Positions 25,901-39,439 of a stretch of 64,000 nt of DNA are shown piece after piece (the first letter of the stretch is position 1; each line of letters begins with the position of its first letter). The stretch is from Haliotis cracherodii (lineage: Eukaryota). The notes under the pieces were generated by a model. The model was not told the origin of the DNA, did not search any database, and saw only the letters and a list, made by a program, of their open reading frames with translations. The stretch is from assembly GCF_022045235.1 (NCBI RefSeq), contig NW_027266271.1, positions 27,776,001 to 27,840,000 of the forward strand. Direction: 5' to 3'. Both the position numbers and the translations under genes were made by a program.

Positions 25901-26329
25901 AAGTTTGTAGCTGTCATTTTTCATGACACCCTGTTCATGTTTATGGTCCCACTATGGCAGGACAATGGAGTCAAATCCACAGCAAGACGAAAATAAGATG
26001 AGTTTGAAGTGACTAGACCTGAGCAGCAGGCATATAAATCTGTTTCATTTTTTAACGCTGCCAACTTCATCGAAGCAAAGGAGTTGTAAATATTGGTGTT
26101 CTTTTTCCACTGCAAGTAAACTTTATGTACTGGATTTCGGGAAAGTCTCTCCTTCAATTACTGACTCCAGGACTGTGTGATGTGGCACTTGGCTAGGGTG
26201 ACACTCATTCCTGTACAGCAGTACAAAGCCATCAGCCACATCAACATCAACATCTTCACTGCCCAACAACATTGCACGTTTAAAGTAATTGTGGAATGCC
26301 TTGCTTTCATCATGACATCTCTCACAAAA

Positions 26330-26460
26330 GTGAGTAAGTGAGTTGGTTTTATGGCATTTTTTGCAATATTCTAGCAATATCATATCGGGAGACACCACAG
26401 AAGGTAAATATGTGCACACATGGACAGTAGAACTTTCCACATTAACCAAACCCCATCCCC
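26330..26460 (-). mobile_element. Decayed SINE family 1
   Basis: GTGAGT tail and GCAATATTCTAGCAATATCA...GACACC module on the minus strand. Confidence 0.7.
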
Positions 26461-28448
26461 CAAGTAAAAGCTTTTTTGTCTAACTAAATCTTTTTTTAGT
26501 TTAATTTGGAACAGGACACTGGATAACTTGTACTTGTAGCTTTGATTTTCCTTCAAAATTTGAGCACTGATCTCAAAATTTTCTTTCAATTGCCTTGTAT
26601 TCTGCCTGGGTTTGTTTTATTTGAAGTCATTCTGAAGATTGTCCCGAAGTTGTATTATGTCAGCCTGGCCTTCCACACGGTGTTCACCTGCTCCTTTACC
26701 AGACAGCTCAATGGAATCCACTTTCTTCTACCTTGCCTCTTTTGACATGTTACATTTGGGAAATCCCAGAGACATGGCAGTATCATTGGAAAATGACTTG
26801 ATAAGGAGAATCTGCTTTTCCAGGTTAGATATTCTTTGGGCACAGAGTTCAGGGTCATCCATGGTTTTGCTGAATCTTGTCAATCACATTAGTGTCAAAA
26901 GGGACAGAAAATTCAATGATATAATTGACTTCATTGGAATTATCAAAAAGGACATGATCAGGTTTGTTGGCATGGGTACGTCTGAGGCTGTATAATGGGC
27001 CTATTCAAAAGAAATTTGTATTTATCACTTTCCATGACGTCCTCTACATATTCTGGGTCATACCATGGATGGACCTCAGTGTCACACAAGTATGGCAAAG
27101 ACGGTCACAACAGGATCAAGCCAGGCCATCATGTCGCTTAAGATATTGTGTTATTATCAATTCAAATCAATAAAAATATAAACTCTCATATTGTTTACAA
27201 ATTAATCATGTTATCACAAGTCACATTCCTGGAGTAGCTGAAACTTAATGAGGATATATTGTACCATTTGGATTGAGATTGTTCATGGTGTGATAAGAAG
27301 GACTTTAGTTCGTTTTTCAAAAGTGAGACAGTTCTAAGTTTCTTCTTTGAAACCACACAACCAAGAGAGATGAAACTTAAGCAGTTGAAAGTGTATAAGT
27401 AATGCTTAAATTAAAAAATATAATTGAATATTCTATAAATAGTGACGAGTCTACTTCTCCGAATCCATAAGCCTCAGACAGTTGACATGTTGTGCTGATG
27501 ATCATCTTTTGTGGTAAAGTTTAAATTTTCTTTCAGACATCATTGTCAGCACTCAATCAGATGCAGCCAGAGTTCACATTTGTTACATCTCAGAAACCAC
27601 TGTACATAATGTGGTGAACCTAATGTGGGGGTTTACTTCCAGAAGATCCTTGCTTCTAATCCTCCACTTATGCCATCCTCCCTCCCTCTCAACATTACAC
27701 AGCCAATCATTATTAATTGCATTAAATGCTTAAAACCATCCCACAGCCACACTTTTGTTACTTTGATGGCTGCAAATATCACAGCATATAAAGCTTAACA
27801 CCCTTCTTAATGTACGGTTGAGCAACAGTAACTTGTGCTGGTTTGTTAATCACAATATCACCAGGATTTCCAAAGTAAGTGTATCTATACCATGTAGCTA
27901 TCAAAAAAAGAAGTGTACAAAAAACGTTCTTGGCTGTCGTGGCACTTTGAGGTGTGCAATAAAAAAGATACCCTAAAAAAGTGAACTGAAAAATCCTGAA
28001 GTTTTTTCTTGTGTATCAGCAGGGCTCCGAGATGTGTCGTTAGTGTTGAAAGCTTCCACATATTGATTCTTGTAAACTTAGCGACCATTTAGGCTTGACA
28101 TGTACACACTTTACTACTGTTTCACTGCTGAATCTTTCTTGGAGTAGCATCATGTCAATCTGACATTTTATTGAAGGCATATTTATTTTTTAAATTAGGC
28201 TAGATCATTTTCGTCTCAGAATTGTATTGATTCTTAAAGGTTGTTTGTCTTCTTTAGGTCAATTTGCCCAAATGGCTTGATGATGCAAATGGTGCTTAAA
28301 AAATGTGGTCGTTGTTGATTTTAGATCAATCAACCCCAGAGATTGTCTGACAAAACAGATTCTGTTTGGTGTAAAAGGCAAAATAGCAGTGAATATTATA
28401 TGAATGGATCACTTAAAATCAGTGATGACAGCAGGTGTTGAGTCAATT

Positions 28449-28833
28449 TAACTTTCATCTGATCTCTGACTTAGCATAGGGTAGCCTTGTGCTTGAAGCA
28501 TCTTTCCTAACTTTCATATGATCTCTGACTTGGCATAGGGTAGCCTTGTGCTTGAAGCATCTGTCCTAACTTTCATATGATCTCTGACTTGGCATAGGAT
28601 AGCCTTGTGCTTGAAGCATCTGTCCTAACTTTCATATGATCTCTGACTTGGCATAGGGTAGCCTTGTGCTTGAAGCATCTGTCCTAACTTTCATCTGATC
28701 TCTGACTTGGCATAGGATAGCCTTGTGCTTGAAGCATCTGTCCAGGGTGAGTTTGATTCCCCAAACTGGTACAATGTGTGAAGGCTGGTATATCTGGAAT
28801 ATGGCCACAAGTGGCATAAAAACATATTCACTC
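28449..28833 (+). repeat. 59-bp x5 tandem made of flank plus SINE-1 head, running into a decayed SINE-1 body
   Basis: Unit contains GGGTAGCCTTGTGCTTGAAGCATC (SINE A-box region); last unit continues to GGTACAATGTGTGAAG...CATATTCACTC. Confidence 0.88.
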
Positions 28834-28949
28834 GCCAAATTATATTTGGTACTGTTATTATATTGCCAGTTTGTTTGCAATGACGTCAATGTCCTTCATA
28901 AAATAATCATTATAAGAAATCCCTGCATAGTCCATTGTACAATTATGTC

Positions 28950-29132
28950 TACACTTAAGCACTGTCATGTTGAAGTTGAAGGAAACTTTGTAAATACTTC
29001 CAGTTATCCGAGGTTTGACACAACCGAAAAATGATAAATAATAAAAAAAGGAATATCCAGGGACCAAGCTTTTACTTCGAGACAACCATAAGTTTGACAC
29101 ATCAAAGTTTGACACAATGGTGTTTGACTGTA
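28950..29132. mobile_element. Decayed pogo/Tigger-type MITE
   Basis: Right end ...GTGTTTGACTG-TA with internal TTYGACA repeats; left end degraded. Confidence 0.5.
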
Positions 29133-29560
29133 TATCTTAAGCATGTGTTTATAAATTACTAACAAAAAAAAATGGAAGAAAAAAAATCTTGTTGATGCAT
29201 TTATAAAAATGCCCTGTATCTTGTTTTGTATATTCAGAACATTTTTGCAATACCAGCAGTTAGATTATTTTTTGTGTGTTCAACAAATTATGCCAGAATA
29301 AATGTTTGACATAATATACTTTGAAGTTAAGTTATTTGCATTTTTTAAATGGAAAAGCACATTTATGTTGCAGATAACAAAACATTGGTGAAAGTGTTTG
29401 AATATCAATACTGACACCACCAGTTTATGACATGGATTGTTGACATCATAAACTGTTGACTACATATCTAGGTCAGCTCCAGTGCCGTGGCGCTATTTCT
29501 GGAAGGTTTTGCAATATTGAAGACCAGCATGTTGCACGGCTTACTTAATTCTTTCAAAGA

Positions 29561-29739
29561 TACTGTAAACTTTGTTTATAACAAACGTGCTTATAACGAA
29601 CTGACCAATATAACAAACTTATATTTTAGTCCCAGCCATTTCTTGTATATATGCTGTATATATGCTGATAATGAACTATGGTTATTAAGAGCTAAAATTA
29701 GTGGTCCCTTTGAGTTCGTTATAACCAAAGTTTACTGTA
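29561..29739. mobile_element. pogo/Tigger-type MITE with TA TSD
   Basis: TACTGTAAACTTTGTTTATAACAAAC versus rc of GTTCGTTATAACCAAAGTTTACTGTA. Confidence 0.8.
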
Positions 29740-29789
29740 GTTGCAATTAACAGAGTTGTGTCCCCAAAAAGTTGTTTGATTCCCATTTC

Positions 29790-30263
29790 ACCCCGGTTAT
29801 GTTTTTAGGTTTGTCAGCACCATATTCATGCTTGCGGGTTTCGCCAAAGTGGTAAACCGTCTAAGACTTGCATCATTTTGGGCTTGCCTCCCACATCCTG
29901 CTAGTCTTGCCCCATGACTGTGGAATTTATATACGTATATATAGATATTTTTTTCACTAAAATCTGCGGCAAGTCTGGATCAAACTAAACCAAGTCTAGT
30001 TTCCTTGATTCCATACCATGTTTGTTAATTGAAATAAATAGAGGTTATCACATGAGTGTGCTTCGGGATGGGTAATATCCTGTATTCGGAATAAACATTC
30101 TTTTTAGTTAGCATCAGCAAAAGAGGAAAAGTTCTTTTGAAGAAAGAAATTACAGTTGTTTTAAAGAAATGTTCTTGAAGACTAAGTGTTGGGGTTACAT
30201 CAGCTGACACCATGATATTTACTAGAGTTCTGCTCAAACCGGCATAAAACCCAACTCACTCAC
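29790..30263 (+). mobile_element. SINE family 4 (V-SINE-like) split by a ~300-bp insertion
   Basis: Halves match contiguous copy 45016-45190; ACATC occurs on both sides of the insert. Confidence 0.7.
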
Positions 30264-31449
30264 GCGCACCAAGATAGGCAGTTTATGTTATTAGTTGAAA
30301 TTTTGACATAAATATTGATCTCCCTAAAAAATATTATCAATCAAAAACATAATGACAAAGACGCATATATACAAAGAGCATATTGTGACTTGAAAAATCA
30401 CCACAATAACACATGAAAGCGTTACTAACAATGTTCGAGTGATTGTACAACACTAATCTATAGTCAACCTTTAATCAAGGTTATTCAATGCATTCATCAC
30501 ATTTTTGGCTTTTTTCAACATTTTGTAATGTGACAAGGAAAAAGTTGGTCCCTGAGTTTGTGTGACATGTTTTCCTTCCTACAATGTATAACACTGTGAC
30601 TGCGTGAGCCTGGCAGAGTGTCAGTGTGTTGTATGCTAAATGTCACAGCACATCAAAGGATGCCTATTATGTCATTTATGTTCACACGACTTGCTACCAG
30701 CTGTTTTTGAATAAACCAAGGAAATTGTGCAGGAAGAATTCCACTTTTATGTCTGTTCTGACTTTTATTGCAGTACTACATTGAAGACATTTACATATGA
30801 AGTGGAACTTGATTGGTTAAATAAAAATGGTAAATTGGAACATCCTTGTTTCTGATAAATTGACGTATTTTACAACTCCCTTTAAGGCTTTTTCATCGTG
30901 GAAGCTTGATTAGATCTTGCCATTTCAAATTTCAGCTTTGGGTTGGTGAATATATGCTAGCTGTCATCAAGGATGATTGGACTGGGGCTTAAAGATGGGA
31001 TAAGAAGACACAGGATCCTGCAACACTCTGCTAGAATTTAACCCTAAGTGCCCAGCACACTGCTGAAGGGATAGTGTAGTATATCCTGACATACCCAATT
31101 TTTGAACAGTTAAGATGGCAATGCTGATATTTCAATTGAGGAGTGAATCAAAACTCAAATTCTGATTCATATTAGTAGGTGATGTCTTCAACAATAGAAT
31201 TCAGTTACATTCAGAAACACCCCCCCCAAAAAACAAACCAAAAAAACAAAAACAAAAAACAAACATAAAAGTCCTCGATGAAAGGTGTGACTTCGATTAC
31301 CTTGTCTGTAAACTTCTGCTGCACTCATGACATCACCTGTTGTTGAACACCTGATTGGTTTTGTACTTTAGCAGGGTTTTCATGAATGAAGAGACATGTT
31401 TTGGCGTACAGTTCTCAACATATCTTTGTAAGGCATTAAGAAGTGATAC

Positions 31450-31690
31450 ACATAAGGAAGAGAATTTATGGATGTCAACTTCTTTATTATGAGGAACACA
31501 ACATTTCAGGCAATATGCCTACTCCTTCATCAGGTGAATGAATGCCATGAGGCAGAGAGCATATATATGTAAATGTAAGGACAACAAAATTAATAAGATA
31601 ACAAATTGTGGAAAATATCAAAGGGTAGAAACTAACAAGGGAAGCCAACTGATGATTGGCGCTGATAGGTGATTAGCTCTCCACATAGTT
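31450..31690 (-). mobile_element. Penelope-like element terminus (pseudo-LTR) with degenerate hammerhead core
   Basis: Minus-strand order CCAAT, TATATAT, CTGATGA-stem-GAAA (31533-31504), AATAAA. Confidence 0.6.
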
Positions 31691-33191
31691 CTTGCATTAA
31701 AACTCTAAAGGTAATTGATACCTATTCACAAAATATGAATATTTGTCACATGATTGTGTTCACACAATTTTACTCTTCCTTTTCATCATGACATGGGCAC
31801 CAAAAGTCTGAATGACAACGGAATTATTTGACAGGTGTTCTGTACTTCACATAAACTCAATATTTTCAGACCGAACGCCTCCATTCTCAAGTCTGCAGCT
31901 TTACAGATGTCACACCTCTCCCTATAATGTGACAAATCAATATCAAACATGGCTGTTCAGAACAAAGTGGAAGAAAGGGTACTCGCCAATAAACCTTTGG
32001 CGATGTAGAGATTCCGGGTTAGAATGGGTCGTTGCTTGTCATGAGAGGTGACATTTTTCATCAACTTGTGACATGCTTGATGGGGTGTTAACGTACACCG
32101 ATATCGTGGATTGTTGGTCATAATATCAATCACTAGATTGTCTGGTCCATACACAATTATTTACAGGTCAACATCATATAGCCGGTATAGTGATAAGTAA
32201 GGCATTAAGCAACACATACACACAGTACTTTTTGTACTTGTAATACATTTTCCTCCAAAGAATGTGATGTTTAATAATGATATCAAAGGTTTGGGGCATT
32301 GCTCATAATATCGATCACTGGTTATTGGTCTTGCAGGGCAAAATGGTATCGCAGGAATATTGCTTACCGTGGTGTTGAACGACAACAAACAAACACTGAG
32401 ATAGGTGAGCTACAGCCCCTTGGCTTAATTTTTCAATTTCAATATTTGGTCTCATTACTTTTTCAAGCCAGTGATTGACTCTGAAATTTTGTATCATTTT
32501 CTCACAGTTCTGTGAGTAGAATTCAAATATTCACCCAGATAATGCACATTGAACAGCGTGACCTACCTACCTACTCATCAGTGACCAGCTGTTTGATGAA
32601 TGTGTGAATGCACTTGTCATTTCAAATGGTGCAACAAAGCATGTATAGAACAACCTGGTGTTAACTAGACCTATTGTTGATCATAAGTTAGAATGCTAAT
32701 ACTAAATATTTTTAATGGCAAGCTGGCAGAATTTATGGTAATTCTGTTGACAAACTAATCTTTCAACTACATACGTTTTTTCCATGAATTTGAACAGGAT
32801 GAATTCTTCATCAAAATTGGTTTATGACATAGATGTTTACAAATATCAGGAAATATTCTACTTATTATATCAGGCCCATTTATCTAAAACCCAGCAATAC
32901 ATTGTACTGAGTTGCATCCCTTAGCCTTGCCAGGATCAGCTGACTTCCTGGATGTACCCTTTTTGTTCTTCTCTTTATCTGTCAGCGCCATACTCATGCT
33001 TTTAGGTTTCACTGAAGAAAACATCTTAGACCTGTATCATTTTCAAACATGAAAGTGACAAACACACCTTGATGAGAACTGAAATCCTGTTCAAAGAGGA
33101 ATTAGTTCAGCATCACTTAGGATTGCTTACTATGTATTTCATTTGCTCTGTGTGTAGCTCAGATGGTACTTGAGACACTTTAACTGTTGAT

Positions 33192-33336
33192 GGAGTGGTC
33201 GGGTAGCCTAGTGGTTTAAGTATTCACTCATCACGCAGAGGACCTGGGTTCGATGCTCGACATGGGTGCAATGTGTGAACCCCATTTCTGGCGTCCCCCA
33301 CCATGATGTGGCTGGAGTATTGCTACTCCTCCACTC
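33192..33336 (+). mobile_element. Decayed SINE family 1
   Basis: A box, B box GGTTCGATGC, TSD-like AACTGTTGRT. Confidence 0.85.
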
Positions 33337-33489
33337 AACTGTTGGTGGTCACTGTCACTGTCAAGGACATGTCCATGTGCATATCGTCGGCTTCCTTCCT
33401 CATTAATTCTGAGACATTTTTTAATTATAAAGATAATATTCAGCATAAGGGTTTTATGCATTATTCCTCATTTTATGTTAATCTTGTCA

Positions 33490-34065
33490 GCAGACATTAT
33501 TTAGGCTTTCTTCCAAGCTGTTGTGGGCAGACATTATTTAGGCTTTCTTCCAAGCTGTTGTGGGCAGACATTATTTAGGCTTTCTTCCAAGCTGTTGTGG
33601 GCAGACATTATTTAGGCTTTCTTCCAAGCTGTTGTGGGCAGACATTATTCTGGCTTTCTTCCAACCTGTTGTGGGCAGTCATTATTTAGGCTTTCTTCCA
33701 ACCTGTTGTGGGCAGACATTATTCTGGCTTTCTTCCAACCTGTTGTGGGCAGACTTTATTCTGGCTTTCTTCCAACCTGTTGTGGGCAGACTTTATTCTG
33801 GCTTTCTTCCAACCTGTTGTCGGCAGACATTATTTAGGCTTTCTTCCAACCTGTTGTGCGCAGACATTATTCTGGCTTTCTTCCAACCTGTTGTCGGCAG
33901 ACATTATTCTGGCCTTCTACCAACCTGTTGTGGCCAGACTTTATTCTGGCTTTGTTCCAACCTGTTGTGGGCAGACATTATTCTGGCTTTCTTCCAACCT
34001 GTTGTGGGCAGACTTTATTCTGGCCTTCTTCCAACCTGTTGTGGGCAGACATTATTTAGGCTTTC
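33490..34065. repeat. Minisatellite, 37-bp unit
   Basis: GCAGACATTATTYWGGCTTTCTTCCAASCTGTTGTGG, ~15 copies. Confidence 0.95.
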
Positions 34066-35094
34066 ATTTCAATCTCCCAGCTTGGTCCTCTGTTGATATG
34101 GCATTAGGTCTTGCCATGGTTCATAAAGTTTTATCATCTTAAGATGACATCACTACCATAATTGTCAGCACAGTTTTGCATTGCTACCAAAAATTAATTA
34201 TTTGTAATGGAACTTTTTCAGAGACGAGATCAACTCATGCCACTTTGCCCACTTATTGACTGAGTGGTCCATTGGTGCCTTCTGACATTTAAATTAGATA
34301 TTTCACTTTTGTTATATTTTGAGTGCCTCCATAGAAACGATCAGATTATGCTCAAAAGATCATCAGCTTGGTTTCTGTAAGGCTTCTTCTTCGACTCAGA
34401 GACAAGACTGGTTGGTTCTTCTGGGGTTCCAGCATTTCCACTGGTCCTGTTTCACTCATGGAAATAAGGTTGTATTAACATATCCATCCAATTGAAATAC
34501 TTTTCCTTCATGTGGTTGGTCACCTGACCCAATGTCTCATGTGGCACAGGTCTTTGGTCATTCTATACAATGGCATACAATCTTCACAATTTCTGTTGTT
34601 TAAATATCAATCCAGAAGAGGGGTCTTCAAGCACTTGAATCACGCTCCAAGGAACAAGCCTCGTCCCTGGGAAATCTACCTCAGTTCACCATTGTTGTAT
34701 GTATTTATTAACTACTTATGTAAGTCTCATTTCATCTCTATTCCACAAACTAATTAACCTACTAAACTAGAAAACTAGAAATGGTCACTCTGTAAGAATA
34801 GCAATTCGTGACTCGGACATTTCTGTATATCAGTGATATGTGTTAATGGCAAGGTCTCTGGCTGATTCTGTTTTGGCTGATTACCAGGTTATGTCATTGA
34901 CATTTCAAGGGATGAGACATGACAAGCACCCTTTCTCCCCCACCCCTTTGAAGTGGTATATTTTTAAGTGACAACATTACGATGTCCACCCCCTGGTAAA
35001 AAAGAACCTTTACTATACCTTATTGGCCTCGTCTTTACTTACAGATCAGGATGACTGACTCTGCGTCTTACTTACACAGATTATTCAGGACATA

Positions 35095-36076
35095 CTGTAA
35101 ATCATGAAATTAATGTGAGAAGGAACTTAATGCAAACCCTTTGCTTGCAATTATAAAGTGACACATATTTATCTTGACATACTGTAGTTTATTGTCATTA
35201 ATATACCACACTGGAATTTCCTGCTCTTCATTTCAAGGCAGTTAGATCACATGTCAACCAGCTGAAGTTAACTTTGTGATACTATTATTCAATGGAACTG
35301 CTTTCACTGCATAATGTAGCATGGAATTCTAAGTCTACAGTCTTGGTATCATAGTTTGTTTATTTAAAGAATAAACGACTTGTGTGAGTTGTTTACCGTA
35401 CAATAAAACACAGCAGGGATGATAAACCATGAGGGGTGCAGCCCCGAGTGGTTTATTCTCCTTGCAGTGTTTTATTGTACGATAAACAATGAGCATGAGT
35501 CGTTTATTTCTGATATGAGATATCAACATTATGTACAGCCTCTCTAAGGATGATGAGGAGGAGGATGAAATGTACAAGCTTTAAAAATATTTACCCGTAT
35601 TTGTATAATGATGACTCCTTAATAGAATCTGACCTCGGTCCATTTTATGTACAGGTCACTATTTCCCGCGCATATTCTCACAATCCTCATGTCCATAACC
35701 TAAACCTTATCTCCCAATACTGACTGTCATATCTCTCCCGCTTTTGGATGAGATCATTCGGCCATTGCGTTTATCTACATTGCCCAGCTACATCTATAGG
35801 GAACAACTCACTGGACACTCCCCCTCTCAATATAACGTTGACCAATACAACGTGATCAAGTTGTGAGCACATGTTCGAATCTCTAGAAATGACCGTCACT
35901 TTAGAACAATGTTTTATTCGGAAATAAACCACAATTTGTTCTGCATTGTGCTTTGCGATTTATGTGTAGCTACTTAGTTTTTGAAGTTTAAAGTGAGGGC
36001 TACTCACTTACATTTTATGACGCTTTTTCGGCCATGGATCATCCATGTGGTGACACCTTAATTTCATGATTTACAG
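35095..36076. mobile_element. Tc1/mariner-type MITE (TIR CTGTAAATCATGAAATTAA) containing a nested palindromic element (~35358-35928)
   Basis: 19-bp perfect TIR, flanks TA/TG; inner 139-bp palindrome at 35370-35508. Confidence 0.75.
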
Positions 36077-36749
36077 TGGTCCTATGATGTTGTGTCAGAT
36101 GTATGAATGCTGATTTTGTGTATATACATGCTCAAGAGTTATTAAATCTTAAAATGGCAAAACTTTGCACATAAGACAATAGTGAGTAAGCCTGATTGTG
36201 AGCTACAATTGTGCAACTTGTGGAGGAACTTGCTGCCTCACCCTCAGCCAGACATTATACCAGTAACAAGTTGCATCTTCACTTGGCCATTCCTTGTCGT
36301 GATTTGGTAGTTAAGCAATGACTCTAGGTAAGACATGTTTAATAAATATAAAATGTCAATGCCAGTGAAATATAAGTCTCAATTATTTGCCAAAACAGAT
36401 TTTATTGGGAGTAAATAACAAATAGTGGTGGAAATTATATGAATGAAACGACAGTGATGACAAGAATTTTCCAAGATAGATTATCCATATTATGACAAAA
36501 CAGTTGTGTCTACCAGTGAAGAAATACATCTTTTATATGTTACAACAGAAAACTAATGACATATACTCCACCTGCTATTCCAATATTGCAGTATTATGTC
36601 TTTTGGGTTTAAGATTCAACTTGAATGATGATCCAATTCACTTATTAACTTTAGAGCTGCAGAGTTCACTTGGATAAATAAGGTCCTAAAACAGGTACCA
36701 CTGACAATTTGGACTCCATGTCCAAAGATTGAACACAGCATATCCACGT

Positions 36750-37045
36750 CTTTGCCCTGATCAGTACAGAAGGCAAGGTATGCTTTGCCCTGATCAGTAC
36801 AGAAGGCACGGTATGCTTTGCCCTGATCAGTACAGAAGGCAAGGTATGCTTTGCCCTGATCTGTACAGAAGGCAAGGTATGCTTTGTCCTGATCAGTACA
36901 GAAGGCAAGGTATGCTTTGCCCTGATCAGTACAGAAGGCAAGGTATGCTTTGCCCTGATCAGTACAGAAGGCAAGGTATGCTTTGCCCTGATCAGTACAG
37001 AAGGCAAGGTATGCTTTGTCCTGATCTGTACAGAAGGCAAGGTAT
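36750..37045. repeat. Minisatellite, 33-bp unit (GCTTTGCCCTGATCAGTACAGAAGGCAAGGTAT)
   Basis: 9 copies. Confidence 0.95.
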
Positions 37046-37625
37046 AGAAGCATCTCTACAAGAATGGTCCACCTTGCTGCACATCAACACATGCATGTTT
37101 AGACTGATGCATGCATGCCAGGAGTCCAGCACCCGCGGGACATCTGCAGTTTGGTGGGGAGCATGTACCAAGGTACTACTAGGTATGCATGCAGGAAGGT
37201 GATGACAGGAGCTACTACAGTCAGGTCTGGTGATGTCTTCAGCTCTGTAGCCTGACAGCTATTCATAGTGGTCAAGTGGTGATAGGAATGTCAGTGTGCA
37301 CCATTATAACATGGCTATGTGAGGTTATTAAACCAAGAATTTGGAAGTATCATATATCGTTGTGTATAAGGCGAGTTTTTCATACCTAGAATGAGGGGGG
37401 GTCATCTCATGAGAAGATCTCACGTTTGTGAGAAGATCTCACGTTTTTTTCCAGTTGTTTTACTTTCAGCTTCCACTGGCAATGTCAACCTGCATGAATA
37501 TTTTAGTTTTAGTTGTGATATGATGCACCATGACTGGATTACTGTTCAAAGTGGCTTCAAACCAGATGTGTTTCCCTGCTCTCTCATCTGAACCTAGCAC
37601 ATTGTTGATGATTCTACTGATAAAC

Positions 37626-38882
37626 CATCACTGGTCACTCCCTGCTGTCATCACTGGTCACTCCCTATTGTCATCACTGGTCACTCCCTATTGTCATCAC
37701 TGGTCACACCATGCTGTCATCACTGGTCACTCCCATCACTGATCACTCCATGCTGTCATCACTAGTCACTCCTTACTGTCATCACTGATCACTCCATGTT
37801 GTCATCACTGGTCACTCCATGCTGTCATCACTGGTCACACCATGTTGTCATCACTGATCACTCCATGCTGTCATCACTGGTCACTCCATGCTGTCATTAT
37901 TGGTCACTCCATGCTGTCATCACTGGTCACTCCATGCTGTCATCACTGGTCACTCCATGTTGTCATCACTAGTCACTCCCTACTGTCATCACTGATCACT
38001 CCATGCTGTCATCACTAGTCACTCCCTACTGTCATCACTGATCACTCCATGCTGTCATTACTGATCACTCCATGCTGTCATCACTGGTCACTCCATGCTG
38101 TCATCACTGGTCACTCCATGCTGTCATCATTGGTCACTCCATGCTGTCATCACTAATCACTCCATGCTGTCATCACTGGTCACTTCATGCTGTCATCATT
38201 GGTCACTCCATGCTATCATTACTGGTCACTCCATGCTGTCATCACTGGTCACACCCTGCTGTCATCACTGGTCACTCCATGCTGTCATCATTTGTCACTC
38301 CCTATTGTCATCACTGGTCACTCCATGCTGTCATTACTGGTCACTCCATGCTGTCATCACTGGTCTCTCCCTATTGTCATCACTGATCACTCCATGCTGT
38401 CATCACTGATCACTCCATGCTGTCATCACTGGTCACTCCCTATTGTCATCACTGGTCACTCCATGCTGACATCACTGATCACTCCATGCTGTCATCACTG
38501 GTCACACCATGCTGTCATCACTGGTCACTCCATGCTGTCATCACTGGTCACTCCATGCTGTCATCACTGGTCACTCCCTATTGTCATCACTGGTCACTCC
38601 ATGCTGTCATCACTGGTCACTCCATGCTGTCATCACTAATCACTCCATGCTGTCATCACTGATCACTCCATGCTGTCATCACTAGTCACTCCATGCTGTC
38701 ATCACTGGTCACTCCATGCTGTCATCATTGGTCACTCCATGCTGTTATCACTGATCACTCCATGCTGTCATCATTGGTCACTCCATGCTGTCATCACTGG
38801 TCACTCCATGCTGTCATCATTGGTCACTCCCTATTGTCATCACTGGTCACACCATGCTGTCATCACTGGTCACTCCATGCTA
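37626..38882. repeat. Minisatellite, 23-bp unit (CATCACTGGTCACTCCATGCTGT)
   Basis: ~55 copies. Confidence 0.96.
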
Positions 38883-39439
38883 TCCTGATTTGGTACACAC
38901 AGTGAGAGTGCACACATTGCTCCCTTCTATCAAACAATGGCTGTGTGAGTTGGAGTCATTTTATTGGGAAACTTGCATTACTAGAGTCAGGAAGATCTTA
39001 ATTTGTTCCAATTTTATTAACTCAATTCTTCATTGCCAGTCTCTGCGGGAAAACATTTCGTCTATCAAACAGAATTTTCTCAGGGCATCACTTTCAGATT
39101 TTGTTTCTAAAAAGTAGCTATATTTCGTCTTAGCGTTCATGAAAGAAAGCAATTTTGCAAGTCATGGGATTTGAACTGGTGGCTAATGTCACAGACAGTT
39201 GTCAATATTTCATGTGAGAGCTGAAATAATTTCAAGACACAAAATTACAAAGCAAAAAATGAGTTGTTTTGAGCCTATGTTTTCTGCCTGCTGGAAGGCC
39301 ACAGACATCTTCTGCCGCTCCATGCCATGTATTACATCCAAGGCTTGTGGAGTGTGTTACCTTGTTGATCCGACTCATGTGAGGTAACTAATCCGGGGCA
39401 TGCTTGGTTTAAGCTGATTCTACAGCCGTTGAACCTGTG

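Larger units (their letters stand above)
24972..27150 (-). mobile_element. Fragmented R4/Dong/NeSL-type (restriction-like endonuclease) non-LTR retrotransposon
   Basis: YLKRHD...WYDPE...ANKPDHVLFD...IIEFSVPFDTN (27150-26865); MDDPEL...IKSFSNDTAMSLGFPKC, RT domain (26862-26500); LKNET/AAQV*SLQT (~26050-26000); SIVLGALG...MQKAAVLGSLHIL (25245-25050). Confidence 0.8.
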
